Source: the human T2T-CHM13v2.0 reference genome, Homo sapiens. Taken from it: a DNA stretch of 64,000 nt. Location of the stretch: assembly GCF_009914755.1 (NCBI RefSeq), contig NC_060943.1, one strand, 5' to 3'. Positions within the stretch are counted from its first letter, which is position 1; each line of letters opens with the position of its first letter. Below the pieces are notes generated by a model that did no database searches, was not told where the DNA came from, and saw only the letters and a program-made list of their open reading frames with translations. Shown in pieces: positions 1-32,561 of this stretch. Position numbers and translations under genes: made by a program.

Positions 1-409
1 TTACAGGCGTGAGCCACCGTGCCCGGCTAATTTTTCTATTTTTAATAGAGATGGGGTTTCGCCATGTTGGCCAGGCTGGTTCCAAACTCCTGACCTCAAG
101 TGATCTTCCTGCCTTGGCCTCCCAAGGTGCTGGGATTGCAGGTGTAAGCCACCGCGCCCAGCCCCGTCTTCTTTAAAATAGGAGTTATAATAGCACTTCT
201 TTCCCTTTCTTGAATAGGGATTAAGTGAGACAGTTTGGAGTGCTTGGCATAGAAGAAGTGCTTAAAACATTAGGTGTTGTTCGTTCATTAAAAAATGTTT
301 CCTGAGTACTTTTACTGTGTGCCTGGGGACATGGCCCTGAGCAAGTTACCAGAACTTCTGCTCTGGAGGAGCTGGCCTTTCAGCAGGAAGCAAATAAAGG
401 AGAAGCATG

Positions 410-1073
<664 letters not shown>

Positions 1074-1761
1074 GAGGGGGTACATTTTAAATAGGGAAAT
1101 TGGTGACATTTGAGCAGAGCCTTGAAGGAGGCGAGGAAGGAACCCCTGGAGACGGGAAGAGAATCCAGTGCAAAGGTCCTGATGTGGGAGGATGCCCGGA
1201 GGCCAGTTTAGCAGGCCAGTGGAGGGAGATCAGATCTGGGAGATATTAGGGTGGGACGAGGCCTCTAGGAACATTGTGGGCAGGGAGGCTGTCTGAGCAG
1301 AGGGAAGTAAAGCTGGTGGCGCTATTGCTGTCCCTCTGGACCTGGCCAAGCTGAGGGCTCTCTCCTTTGATTTCCAGCTTCAACTCAGTTTTCTCAGTAA
1401 GCAGACTCCACAGGCATGTAGGCGCCCCGTGCCATTTTTCTTTTAATAAGAAGCAGCTGTGCCGGGGATGCTGGCGTTTCCAGCTGCGTTTTTATTTGGC
1501 CTTTGGTGATGTGTCCCTCCAGGGATATGTGGATGAGCCGCGGGGGCACTGCCTGTGCCTCAGTGGGTGCTGCACCAGTGCACATCGGATGCCCGTTGGC
1601 TCCTGTCCCTGACAGATGGAGGGGCACGTGATGTGTTCCTTGGGCTGGTTTGTCCCTTTAACAGATCTTATTAGTTTAGAGCCACTTGGAAATGACATCT
1701 TCTGTTTCCAGTGACTTTCCTTTTGGGCAAAGACAAATTGCATCTTGAAAAGGCCATACAT

Positions 1762-2955
<1,194 letters not shown>

Positions 2956-3232
2956 TTAGTTTCTTTTTCCTTAAAGAGAAGGAACTCATCATTACTCTGT
3001 TGATATAAATGGAGTGCCTATCAGTGCAGGCAATGTTCTTGCTCTGGGGATACAGCCAGGACCAGGACATGCAGGCACGCCCTGTTCCCCAGATCCTGAA
3101 ATATCGACCAGAAGTTGTTCCTGGTTCCTTTCTAAGTGGGAATCATGGCTGCAAACAAGTAATTGGCCGTGAGAGTTATTTACACACATTTTGTGTACGG
3201 TGATGAGAAATGGGAGAAAAAATGCCCAGCAT

Positions 3233-4269
<1,037 letters not shown>

Positions 4270-5241
4270 TAGATTTAGAGTTTTCAGAGTTGGCTTAGGC
4301 GGTAGAGGCTGGCCTTTGAATGGAACCCTGTCTCGCTGTCGCTCTCAGCGTTTATATTTGGCTCAGAGCCACATCTGCCAAACTTCTGCCCGATTTGAAT
4401 GAAAGTGCTGAAATTATAGGCCCCTCGGCTGCTGAAAAAAAGTGAGAACATCATGTAAACCGTAATTTACTGGGATTGCCAACTACAAGCTGTAATTAAG
4501 CCCTTATTGTGTTAAAGCTTTGGAAAAATCCAAGCCAATAATGAGATATTTATAGGGCATTAGCTACAATCTGAATAAAGGGAAAATGTGGCCCTGCGTC
4601 TGAAGCAGGACTGCAAAGAGAGGAAAGACGCCTGCTTCCGGGTGCGTTTTGGGTTTCTGTGAATATTGGTAACTAGGTCCCTGCTGGGTGGTGGGAAATT
4701 TTCCCCTGTGGCGTCACCCGTAGCTTGAACCGGGAGCTGGATGACTGTTTCAGTTTCATCTGCTGCTGGACATTTATGATGTTAAGAGCCAGTGTTTATG
4801 GAGAATCACCGTGTGCCACATGTGCAAGATCTGACCAGTGTCTTCTCTGCCCAGGGGTGGCAGCTGCTGCTCTTAGCATCCCTGCTTTATAGGTAGAGAA
4901 ACTGAGGCCAGAGAGGGAGACTGGCCTGAAGTCACACAGGGAGGAGGACAGAGGAGTTGGAGCTTGAACTGGATGTGGGCCCTCTAGAGCCACACATATG
5001 GCGGCTTTGGGTGGGAAGGTGTGGGCCTGACTCTTGAGAGCAGGGCTGAATGGTGGGCACCATGGCGTTTGTATCTGAGGACTGGGCCAAGATTACAGAG
5101 GGAGTGAGCAACGCGTGGCTTTGGATATGCATCGAGGTTGTCAGCTCTGTGTCCAGCCTGCGTGTGGTAAGCAGCAACCACTCTACACCAGTTGCTGGGC
5201 ACCCAGCAGGGACTGGGACAGACAGGACAGGTGAACAGTTA

Positions 5242-5975
<734 letters not shown>

Positions 5976-6109
5976 ATATTCTGAAGAGTGAGAAGCGGTT
6001 TGCCCTGTACTGCATTGGGTGGGGGAATGGCTGCAGGGGGCTGCTTCACATGTGGCTTGTTGGGATGGGTGTCCTGCAGTGGAATAGCCCCGCCAGGACT
6101 TGGGGGAAC

Positions 6110-6270
6110 AGCATCGCAGGCCGGGGAAACAGCAGGTGCAGAGGCCTCGCACACACCCGGCCCGCTGAGTGCCCCCTGCGGACCGGAAAGGACCAGTAGG
6201 CACGTGAGAGTTAGGACGCTGCCCGTGGAATGCCGACTTTTCTAAATTTGAATTACGCAAGTAGAGCGTG
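6110..6270. promoter_or_regulatory. CpG-retaining non-repeat patch with candidate CTCF, E-box, TEAD and C/EBP motifs
   Basis: 13 CpGs in about 160 bp; minus-strand CGGTCCGCAGGGGGCACTC (6167-6185), CACGTG at 6201, GGAATG near 6227, TTACGCAA at 6253. Confidence 0.5.
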
Positions 6271-6465
6271 GAGACAGTGTTCTTGGAAAAAGGGAAACCA
6301 TTACAGATGAGGAAGAGCACACTGCCCAGCCCGTCCCTTCCTCCAGCTCCACCTGGGAGCACCACTGTCACTTCAGGGTATGTCTAGCCAGACCCCTCTG
6401 GTGTTTCTGTACTTAGGTACATGCTGGTACCTATAGAGAATACGTGGCACCATTATGGGTGGTTA

Positions 6466-11283
<4,818 letters not shown>

Positions 11284-11419
11284 TCAATTTTTCCCATATG
11301 AGACTAATTTAAAAAAAAATTTTTTTTTTTTATCGAGATGGGGGTCTTGCTGTCTGGAAGTATACATACTGAGAAATTTTATTTTTCAAACAAAATCACC
11401 CCTTTTCCTGTCTTAGGAC

Positions 11420-15813
<4,394 letters not shown>

Positions 15814-15844
15814 CTATGGGGACATGGGGAACTCCTGTACTGTT

Positions 15845-20765
<4,921 letters not shown>

Positions 20766-22047
20766 ATTCTTTAAAAATCAGGCACACAGTGTGATCTGAC
20801 TTGCAGTTTTCCAAGCCTGTGGGGCAGGGAGCCTGGGGGAGGCTTTGCCCTGAGATGGGAGACTTGGCCTCAGGACATTAGAGCGAAACAGAGGAGGAGG
20901 GGATGGGTCTGGATATCCAAGGCAGGATCTGCCGAGAGATACGCTGTGGGGGTGGGACAAAGACCTCAAGAACGGGTCCGGGCTGTTCCTGTCACTTGTG
21001 ACATTGTGGACTGAGTCTGCCTGGATATTTCCTTATGGGCTGGCTCCCCATCACCCCGGGAGAGTCTCGGGGTGGAGGGAACTAGAACGTGTTTGCCTGG
21101 AGGTCACTACCTACTCCCCTGGAAGGAAGGGGCTCCAGGAGGCTGGCTGTGGAATGCAGACTGTGGGTGGTGCCCGGCTGCCTGCCTCTAGTTCACTTGG
21201 GCCCTCAGGGTGGTACAGAGCTGGAAATCCATACATGGCTGACCACCCTGTAAGGGCTGCAGACACAGTGAGCGTTCACTTTGCCCTGGCAACTGGAACT
21301 GTCTCCTCCAGTCCTCACCACAACCGTTTTACAGAGCAGGACACCTGTTGCAAGATGGGAGAGACTTTGCTAACAAGGTCCCACAGCTGGCACTCACCAG
21401 GCTGGCTGGGGTACTCAGGCCACCCCTTGCAGTGGGGAGCAGTTAGGATGACACCGAGGACACCCCTAGGAGGGCGGAGTTGTGAGCTCCAGGACCCCAC
21501 ATTTGAGCAGTTTCCCCGTCACTCTTGAAAATGCTGCTGGGCCGGCCAGTTTCTTTGGGGTTTCTCAGTACTGCTGAAAGTTACAAGGTCAACACTGGCC
21601 TGCAATCACAGTTATAAAAAAGTTATAAAAGCCTGACATTCAAATCACGTTGGAGACTATAAAACAGCAAGTTTTTCATTTGCACACCTCACATGACCTC
21701 CAGCCTGCTGTCCATACACAGGAAATGGGGATGTGCGGAAAAAAAACCCGAAGTGGAGGACATCATCCCCCACGCATAATCCAGTCCGTGCATCGCACTT
21801 GACCTTCGGCACTGCAGCCTGCATTGCTCCCCGGACTAGCTCCCAAGATTGATTTAGCCAGTTCCCTGCCAGTGGACATTTAGGTCATTATCGGTTTTCA
21901 TTCCACAAAGTACTGCCCTCAGGGAGTCGGCTGTCCTTGCCAAACCACTGCATTAATATGTTTCTGGGTGCTGGGGAAAGGGCGCTTAAGACCCCTGCCC
22001 TCAAGGTGTTGATATTCTAGTTGGGACTGTTAGATAAATGAGCAATT

Positions 22048-23763
<1,716 letters not shown>

Positions 23764-24229
23764 TGAGTTTTACTTTGATTCGATGGGGCGAATGTTCTCT
23801 TTTGGGTATCATGGTAAGAGTTTCACAAACCCTTCCACCTCCTCTCTGAGGCAGGTGGCATCATTCCCACATAACAGATTGGGAAACTGAGGCACAAAGA
23901 GGTTACCTGACCTGCCCATCTTGTCCAGAAAGGAAATACTGGATTCCAGCCAGGGCCTGGAGAGTCCCAGAGCCACGATCACGAATTGCCACAGGTCACC
24001 TCCTGCTTTTGCTCCCAGCCTGTTGTGTCCCTTGGATGAGACCAGGGAGCAGGTGATGCCACGGCTTGAGTGCCAAGGGCGGGCCTCGAGCCGGGAGCTG
24101 CAGGATTCCTGATCAGGGAGGGGCTGCTGGGCTGGGAATGTTGGGGAGGAGTGAGGCCAGGAGTGGATTGTGGAAGTGAGAAGTCTCCTCATCTGTAAAA
24201 TGGCAGATTTGGCCCATTGTTCTGCAAGC

Positions 24230-24930
24230 ATTGGTCATCTGCCTCCTGCCTGGGTGTGTGTTGGGTACTGGGGAGAGAGCAGAGAAGGGGCCGATACGGG
24301 ACCCTGCGCCCATGAGGCTGCCACTCTAATAGGATGTTGAGGTGGGGGCAGGGACAGACTGCAGCTGGGTGAACACATCAGGAACCCGGAAGATGCCAGT
24401 TGTGAGTGGCACTGAGCATTGAGCGGGTTGATGTGTGAAAGAAGGGGAGCAGCTTCCTATGGCGGGGGGAGGGAGGGTGCAGTTTGCTGGGAGCTGCCCG
24501 CCTGCTCTGTTAATGCTGCAGGAAGAAGGTTCCAGGCTGAGGGAACAGCCTGGGCAAAGGCCCTGGGGCAGGACAGTGTCTGGTGTGTTTCGGGAACATG
24601 GAGGAGGCATATGTGGCTGGAGTAAAGCCAGCAAGACAGAGAGTAGGGGGAGGTGAGGACAGGAAGGTGACAGGACAGGTCGTGCAGGGCTTGGGGGGCT
24701 GCAGGGAAAAGTCTGGCTTTTATTCCAAGTGAAGCGGGAGCCCAAGGAGGGCCCATAACAAAGGGGTTTACAGTGACATGGTGTGCACAGGCACCTTGTG
24801 GCTGCTTTGTGGGAGGCAGATTGTGGGGACCAAGGGCACGACTGCACTGGTGTAGGCAGGTGACAGTGGGACACGCTGACAGCCTTGGACGTGGAGGGAA
24901 TTGAGCAGAATCAGGCCTGATGTGGAGGTG
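24230..24930 (-). mobile_element. Degenerate L2-like segment
   Basis: ttccaggctgagggaacagcctgggcaaaggccctgggg...ggctggagt...ctggcttttattc is the typical antisense L2 3' pattern. Confidence 0.6.
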
Positions 24931-25569
24931 AAACCAGCAGGACTCGCGGCTGGACAAGGCGGGTGGGTGAGGGCCAGGGGAGCCCCAGGTCTGCAGCCTC
25001 GTGAGGGGTTTCTCCCCTCCCTGCCCTTTGGGGTGACCACAGGGATGCAGTGGCACCTACCTGCGGACACTGTGTGGGCCGAGCACTGTAAGGCTTGGGC
25101 GTCCTTGCTGGGTGACCAATGGCTATTGTTGGAAGGATGAGGCAGGGACCGAGGTGGGCAGAGGAGACTGGGCATGGGTCCCCACTTCTGCTCCAACAGA
25201 GCGACAGAGAAGCCCCTGAGGTGGGTGCGGGTGACTGCGGGTCTGCCTCATTGGTGTCCCACCCACATTCGTGTCCTGGCTCTGCTCCTCCCTCGCTGAG
25301 CGTCCTGGGCAAGTCCTGAGACTGAACCTCAGTCCACCTGTCTGAAATGGGACTTTTGGCCCTGGCATCCTTGTGACTTTCAACCCCTCTGGGGTTGTCA
25401 GAGGATTTGCCGCTATGTTGCCCGAGATGGGGTTAGAGACAGCCTGTTGGGTGGCCAGCGTTCCTTGTGTGGCTCTTATCAGAGTCCTGAGAGAAGAGGC
25501 CAGGGTGGAAATTGGCCCTGGAGTGTGGGCTCCTGCCGAAGCCTCTTCCTGTGGCCAGTGCCATGCTGA

Positions 25570-26230
25570 AGGCTGGCTGTGGTGTCACGTGAGCCCTCCC
25601 AGCCACATTCAGGCTCAAAGAGACTGTGCTGAGCATATGGTGACAAGGAAGGGATCCCAGCCCAGGGTCCTGGCCAGGCCCTGCCAGCACCAGGCTGCAC
25701 AGGTGAGGGGTGGCTTGCCCTGGGGTGCTGGCTCTGGGCCACACTGCTGACTCACCCTCTGTGGGCTTATCTGTTGATTCTCCCTCCCATGGGAAGGCTC
25801 TGGGTTTGAGCCTGCATCGTTCCTGCACGTAGCCGTCCCCACCCTCATAGGGGCTGGAAGTCAAAAGGCGCCTGGTGGAGCCTTGTGGTCTGTTCAAAAA
25901 ACGGTAAATAAACAGCCTGGGCTTCTGATCTGCTGGACTCAACCTGGCACCTCTCCCATCGCTGCTGGGTGCTGCCTCCCAGCTGCACCCTTCCCTGCCT
26001 GTCCCCTACCGCCTTCCTGGAGCGCTTATCCCCTTCCAGGGAGAGGTGGCCCACTTTAGAGCTCTGAAACCTGCTCTGGTGGGGTGAAGTGACTTGAGCC
26101 AGGCCAAGCCGGTGGCTGGGCCCTCTGTGGCAGACCGGAAGTGTCCTCCCATTTCATGGATGGCCAAGTCAGTGCCCAGAGAGGGGTAGAGACCTGTCCA
26201 GGGCCACACAGCCCAGGAGGGGCGGAGCTC
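25570..26230. promoter_or_regulatory. Candidate intronic enhancer (motif cluster)
   Basis: TGTGGT 25578, GTCACGTGAG 25584, TGACTCA 25748, CTTATCT 25766, TGTGGT 25884, GTAAATAAACA 25904, ACCGGAAGTG 26134, GGGGCGGAGC 26219. Confidence 0.45.
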
Positions 26231-26793
26231 GACTTTGAACCCAGGCTGCCTGGCTCCACAGTCTGGATTCTTCTTACCCATTCAACAAATACTTAATGAG
26301 CACACACTGTCTGGCAGGCACTGTTCTAGGTGCTGAGGATCTAGCAGTGACCAGGCCAGGTGCAGAAGTCTTGGCGTGTCACAGGACTAGACCTTCATCA
26401 GAGGCCGTTTTGCTGGGAGTGGGAAGGGGTGTGTATTTGGGAGGGAGGGGCGCAAGCCATCACACCTGCCCATGGCCAGGTAGGCAGGGCCTATGGGAGG
26501 GTTTCCTGGCAGAGGGAACACCCCCTGCAAAGGCCTGAAGGCCAGCAGTGCCAGAGAGAACTCAGAGGAGGCAGGTGCAGGGGGTGGGGCTGGGGAACCC
26601 GGTCAGCACTGGGACTAGGACTGGACAGGACGGGCTAGGACCAGTCACTTGGTTTCTGCAAGAGAGAAGCTTGGAGGCAGGATCTTCATTTTAGAAAGGT
26701 CACTGGGGAAGGTGGGAGGTTGGGCCAGGACCCTGGGGCCTGGCCTGGGCCCATGGATAGGAGGCCAGGTACTGAAATGATGCAATAGTACTA

Positions 26794-27510
26794 GGCTAGG
26801 TGCAGTGGCTCACACCTGTAATCCCGGTGCTTTGGGAGGCCGATGCGGGAAGATTGCATGAGGCCAGAAGTTTGAGACCAGCCTGGGCAACATAGCGAGA
26901 CCCTGTCTCTGCAAAAAATAAAAAAATTAGCCGGGCATGGTGGTGTGTGCCTGCAGTCCCAGTTACTTGGGAGGCTGAGGTGGGAAGTTCACTAGGGTCC
27001 GGGAGTTCAAGGCTGCAGTGAGGTATGATTGTGCCACTGCACTCCAGACTGGGCAATATAGGAAGATGCCATCTCTAAAAAAAAAAAATTAGCCAAGCAT
27101 GGTGACATATACCTGTAGTCATAGCTACTCAGGAGGCCGAGACTGAGGTTTGCCTGTACCCTGGAGTTTGAGGCTGCAGTAAGCTGTGATTGTGCTGCTG
27201 ATGCAGCCTGGGCACAGAGTGAGATCCTGCCTCTAAAATAAATAAGGCCGGGCGCGGTGGCTCATGCCTGTAATCCCAGCACTTTGGGCTGCTGAGGCAG
27301 GCGGATCACCTGAGGCCAGGAGTTCGAGACCAGCCTGGCCAAAATGGCAAAACCCCATCTCTACTAAAAATACAAAGAAATTAGCCGGGTGTGGTGCTGG
27401 GCGCCTGTAATCCCAGCTACTTGGGGGGCTGAGGCAGGAGTAAGCTGAGATTGCGCCACTACACTCCAGCCTGGGTGACAAAGCAAGACTCCATCTCAAA
27501 AAAAAAAAAA
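26794..27510 (+). mobile_element. Sense Alu cluster
   Basis: Alu consensus motifs. Confidence 0.85.
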
Positions 27511-28407
27511 GTTAATAAACTACTTAATTGTGCATCTCCTGTGTGCCAGCCCTACTCTATGCTTTGGGGATGGAATGTTGGAGGATCCCACCTTGGGGAG
27601 CTGTGTGTGAGCTCCCCACACAGCTCAGATGGGGGTATGGGGTCTGTATGTGAGCCAGAACAAAATGCAGCTAAGTGACATTTAGCATGTGTTAGTTCCA
27701 CAGAGAAAAATGAGGCATGGGGGGTGGAGGTGGGAGAGGTGTGAATGGGGGTGAGAGAAGTCTCTGAGGAAATGTCATTCGAGCGGAATCACTCTGAGCT
27801 TGGCAAGGTTACCCTGTCTTACTGACGGGAAACCTAGACCAGAGAGGCCAGGAAGCCCGCCCAGGATCACACAGCACAGAGGTGGCCAAGCAGGGACTGG
27901 AATGCAGGGCAGCCTGGGTGCACAGAGGGCACTGTAGCAGCAGCAAAGGGAGAGGAGAGGAGTAGGTAGATTTCAGTACTCTCAGAATGCGGATGGGATC
28001 AACGAGGAGGAAGTAGATGACGGAGGCTGGAAAGTCACTTCCTGCTAAGTGGCCAGTGTCAGTGTTCCAGGCAGAGCTGCTTGGGAGGTGGTTTCTGGAA
28101 GGCTCCAAGTACTCCTGCTGCTGTGTCCCAGAAAACCCTTAGGGCCAGGCCCCTGCTCACCAAGCTCCTAGGAGACTTCTGGGGGGCTCATTTCGGAGGC
28201 AGTCCAGGCCGAGGGTGAATGTTGGTGCCCTTTGCATGCAGCAGTCTGGGAACTTTTAGAAGCAAAATCGGATAAGTCCCAGGGCTCCTGGCGCTCTCAG
28301 CCTGGCATGCGAGGCCCTCTGCGCCTGCCCTGCCCTGTCCTCAAACTCTCCCCTGAGAGCTGCGTCTCCGTCGCCCAGGCTGTGCCCTCCTGTGCCCGAC
28401 TTAGAAC

Positions 28408-28906
28408 TGTTCGGAATAACACTCAAAATTTTAAGGAAATTAAACACTCGAACAAAGGATTTTTAGCAAAGCAATTTTACTTCTGTACAGAGGGGTGCTT
28501 GTCCTTGGCCAGTCGCCATGAGAGCACACCTGAACAAAGGGACACGAGAGCCTTTATTCCTGATGCAAGTCCTGCTCCTGTACCCTCTCCCCATTGGCCG
28601 GGGTCGGGTCATACAATCTAAACCAATTTTGGTTGGCTAAACATTTGAATTTTTGTAGATAAGGTGGGCACGTAAAAGAGAGAGGAAAGGGGAAGGGATG
28701 TCTGTAGTGAACTAGAAAGTTAGTCTTCTTTGTAAATAAGGGAAGGAATGTGAGCTGGTACTGGTAACGCCTGGTACTGTGGCGTGCCTGGGCATCTAAC
28801 AAAGCCAGAAAGGAAAAAGGAAAAAAGAGTGTGTATGTGTGTGTGGGGTACTATGAATTAAAAGATTGATCAGCCTGTTTGAAGAGAAACCTCATCATAT
28901 TCCACA
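28408..28906 (-). mobile_element. Solo ERV1 LTR, LTR10-like (HERV-I related), antisense to DNM2
   Basis: About 499 bp with TG...CA termini. The minus strand begins TGTGGAATATGATGAGGTTTCTCTTCAAA and carries CCAAT, an AATAAA at the TATA position and a downstream AGTAAA poly(A)-like signal. Subfamily from memory; no clean TSD. Confidence 0.75.
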
Positions 28907-29369
28907 CTACAAATACCCCAGGCCCAGAAAGTCACCTTCTCCTGCCTGTGCCCACAGCTCTGTGTTCTCTTGGGCGTCACTCCCGCCCTATGTTCTGAAG
29001 CTGTGATTGTCCGTTGTCTGAGCTGGGCGCTGGTGGCGTCTGGGGCATCACCATTGTCCTCACAGTGCCTGGCGCCTCAGACACAAAGTGGAGTCACAGG
29101 ACAGCACAGGCCACAGGCAAACACCAGAGGTCCAAAGCCGGGCCCTGGCTGGGAGTTACTGGAGGGTCTGCCTAAGATGTGTTTGCTCAGAAGGCCAGGT
29201 GCCCTGGTGGTTAGACAGCTCAGGCCCTGTGCCTTCAGTCCATGTTCATGCCACCCCCAGATGCTGTGTGACCCTGGGCAGGCCCCCACCCTCTGGGCCT
29301 CATTTGCATCTGTAAAATGGAGCCAGCAGACCCATTTTAATGGATCCTGTCATGGTTAAATGGGTTAAT

Positions 29370-29735
29370 AGGCAGGTGCAGTGGGGTCATTGCAGGGAGT
29401 TCAAGACCAGCCTGGACACCATAGTGAGACCTTGCCTCTACAAGAAACTTAAGGTGGCCTGGTGTGGTGGCTCACGCCTGTAATCCCAGCACTTTGGACT
29501 CCATTGCACTCCAGCCTGGGTGACACAGTGAGACTCTGTCTGTTAAAGAAACAAACAAACAAAAAAACCAAAAAACTTAAGGTGGTGGTGGGTACCTGTG
29601 ATCCCAGCTACTTGGGAGGCTGAGACGGGAGGATCACTTGAGCCCTACAGTTGGAGGTTGTAGTGAGCTGTGACCTTACCACTGCACTCCAGCCAGGGCA
29701 GCAGAGTGAGACCCTGTCTCTATTTAAAAAGAAAT
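29370..29735 (+). mobile_element. Old sense Alu containing a nested, internally deleted Alu (29456-29572)
   Basis: 11-bp TSD aaacttaaggt at 29445-29455 and 29573-29583. Confidence 0.8.
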
Positions 29736-29969
29736 CAAAAAGGTTAATAATCATGAAAAGTTCTCAATGCCTTGCTTGGCATAGAGTCAGTGTTGAATAG
29801 CTATTAGCTACTCTAATGTTTTGAACTCAGTAATGCGTGTGTATGATGCGGAATTCAAAGATGTCGGAAAACATGCAGTGGCTCCTTCCCCACCAGGCCC
29901 CAGCCGCCCCGGGTCCTGTTTTGTTTCCCTTTGGTTGTCTTAGTCACAAAGTACAGACTTTCTTCTGTA

Positions 29970-30080
29970 CCTTTTCCTTCCCCTTCCCCCCTCCCCCTTC
30001 CCTTCCCCCCCCCACTTCCCTTTCCCCTTCCCCCTTCCCTTTCCCTTTTCCTTCTCTTCTTCCTTTCCTTTTCTTTCTTC
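29970..30080. repeat. C/T-rich low-complexity tract
   Basis: (CCCCTT)n-like run. Confidence 0.85.
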
Positions 30081-30247
30081 AGTAAAACTGATCACTACAA
30101 ACCTTTTCTTTTTTTCTCACTTAGTACACCAAAAAGGGAGTTACATGTCTAGAAAGGACAGGCTCTTTTTGTGTGTCTGTTGCTGCATAGCAGCATGGAT
30201 AGGCCATAATTTATATATAAATACACGTATTTTATTCTATTTTAAAG

Positions 30248-32561
<2,314 letters not shown>

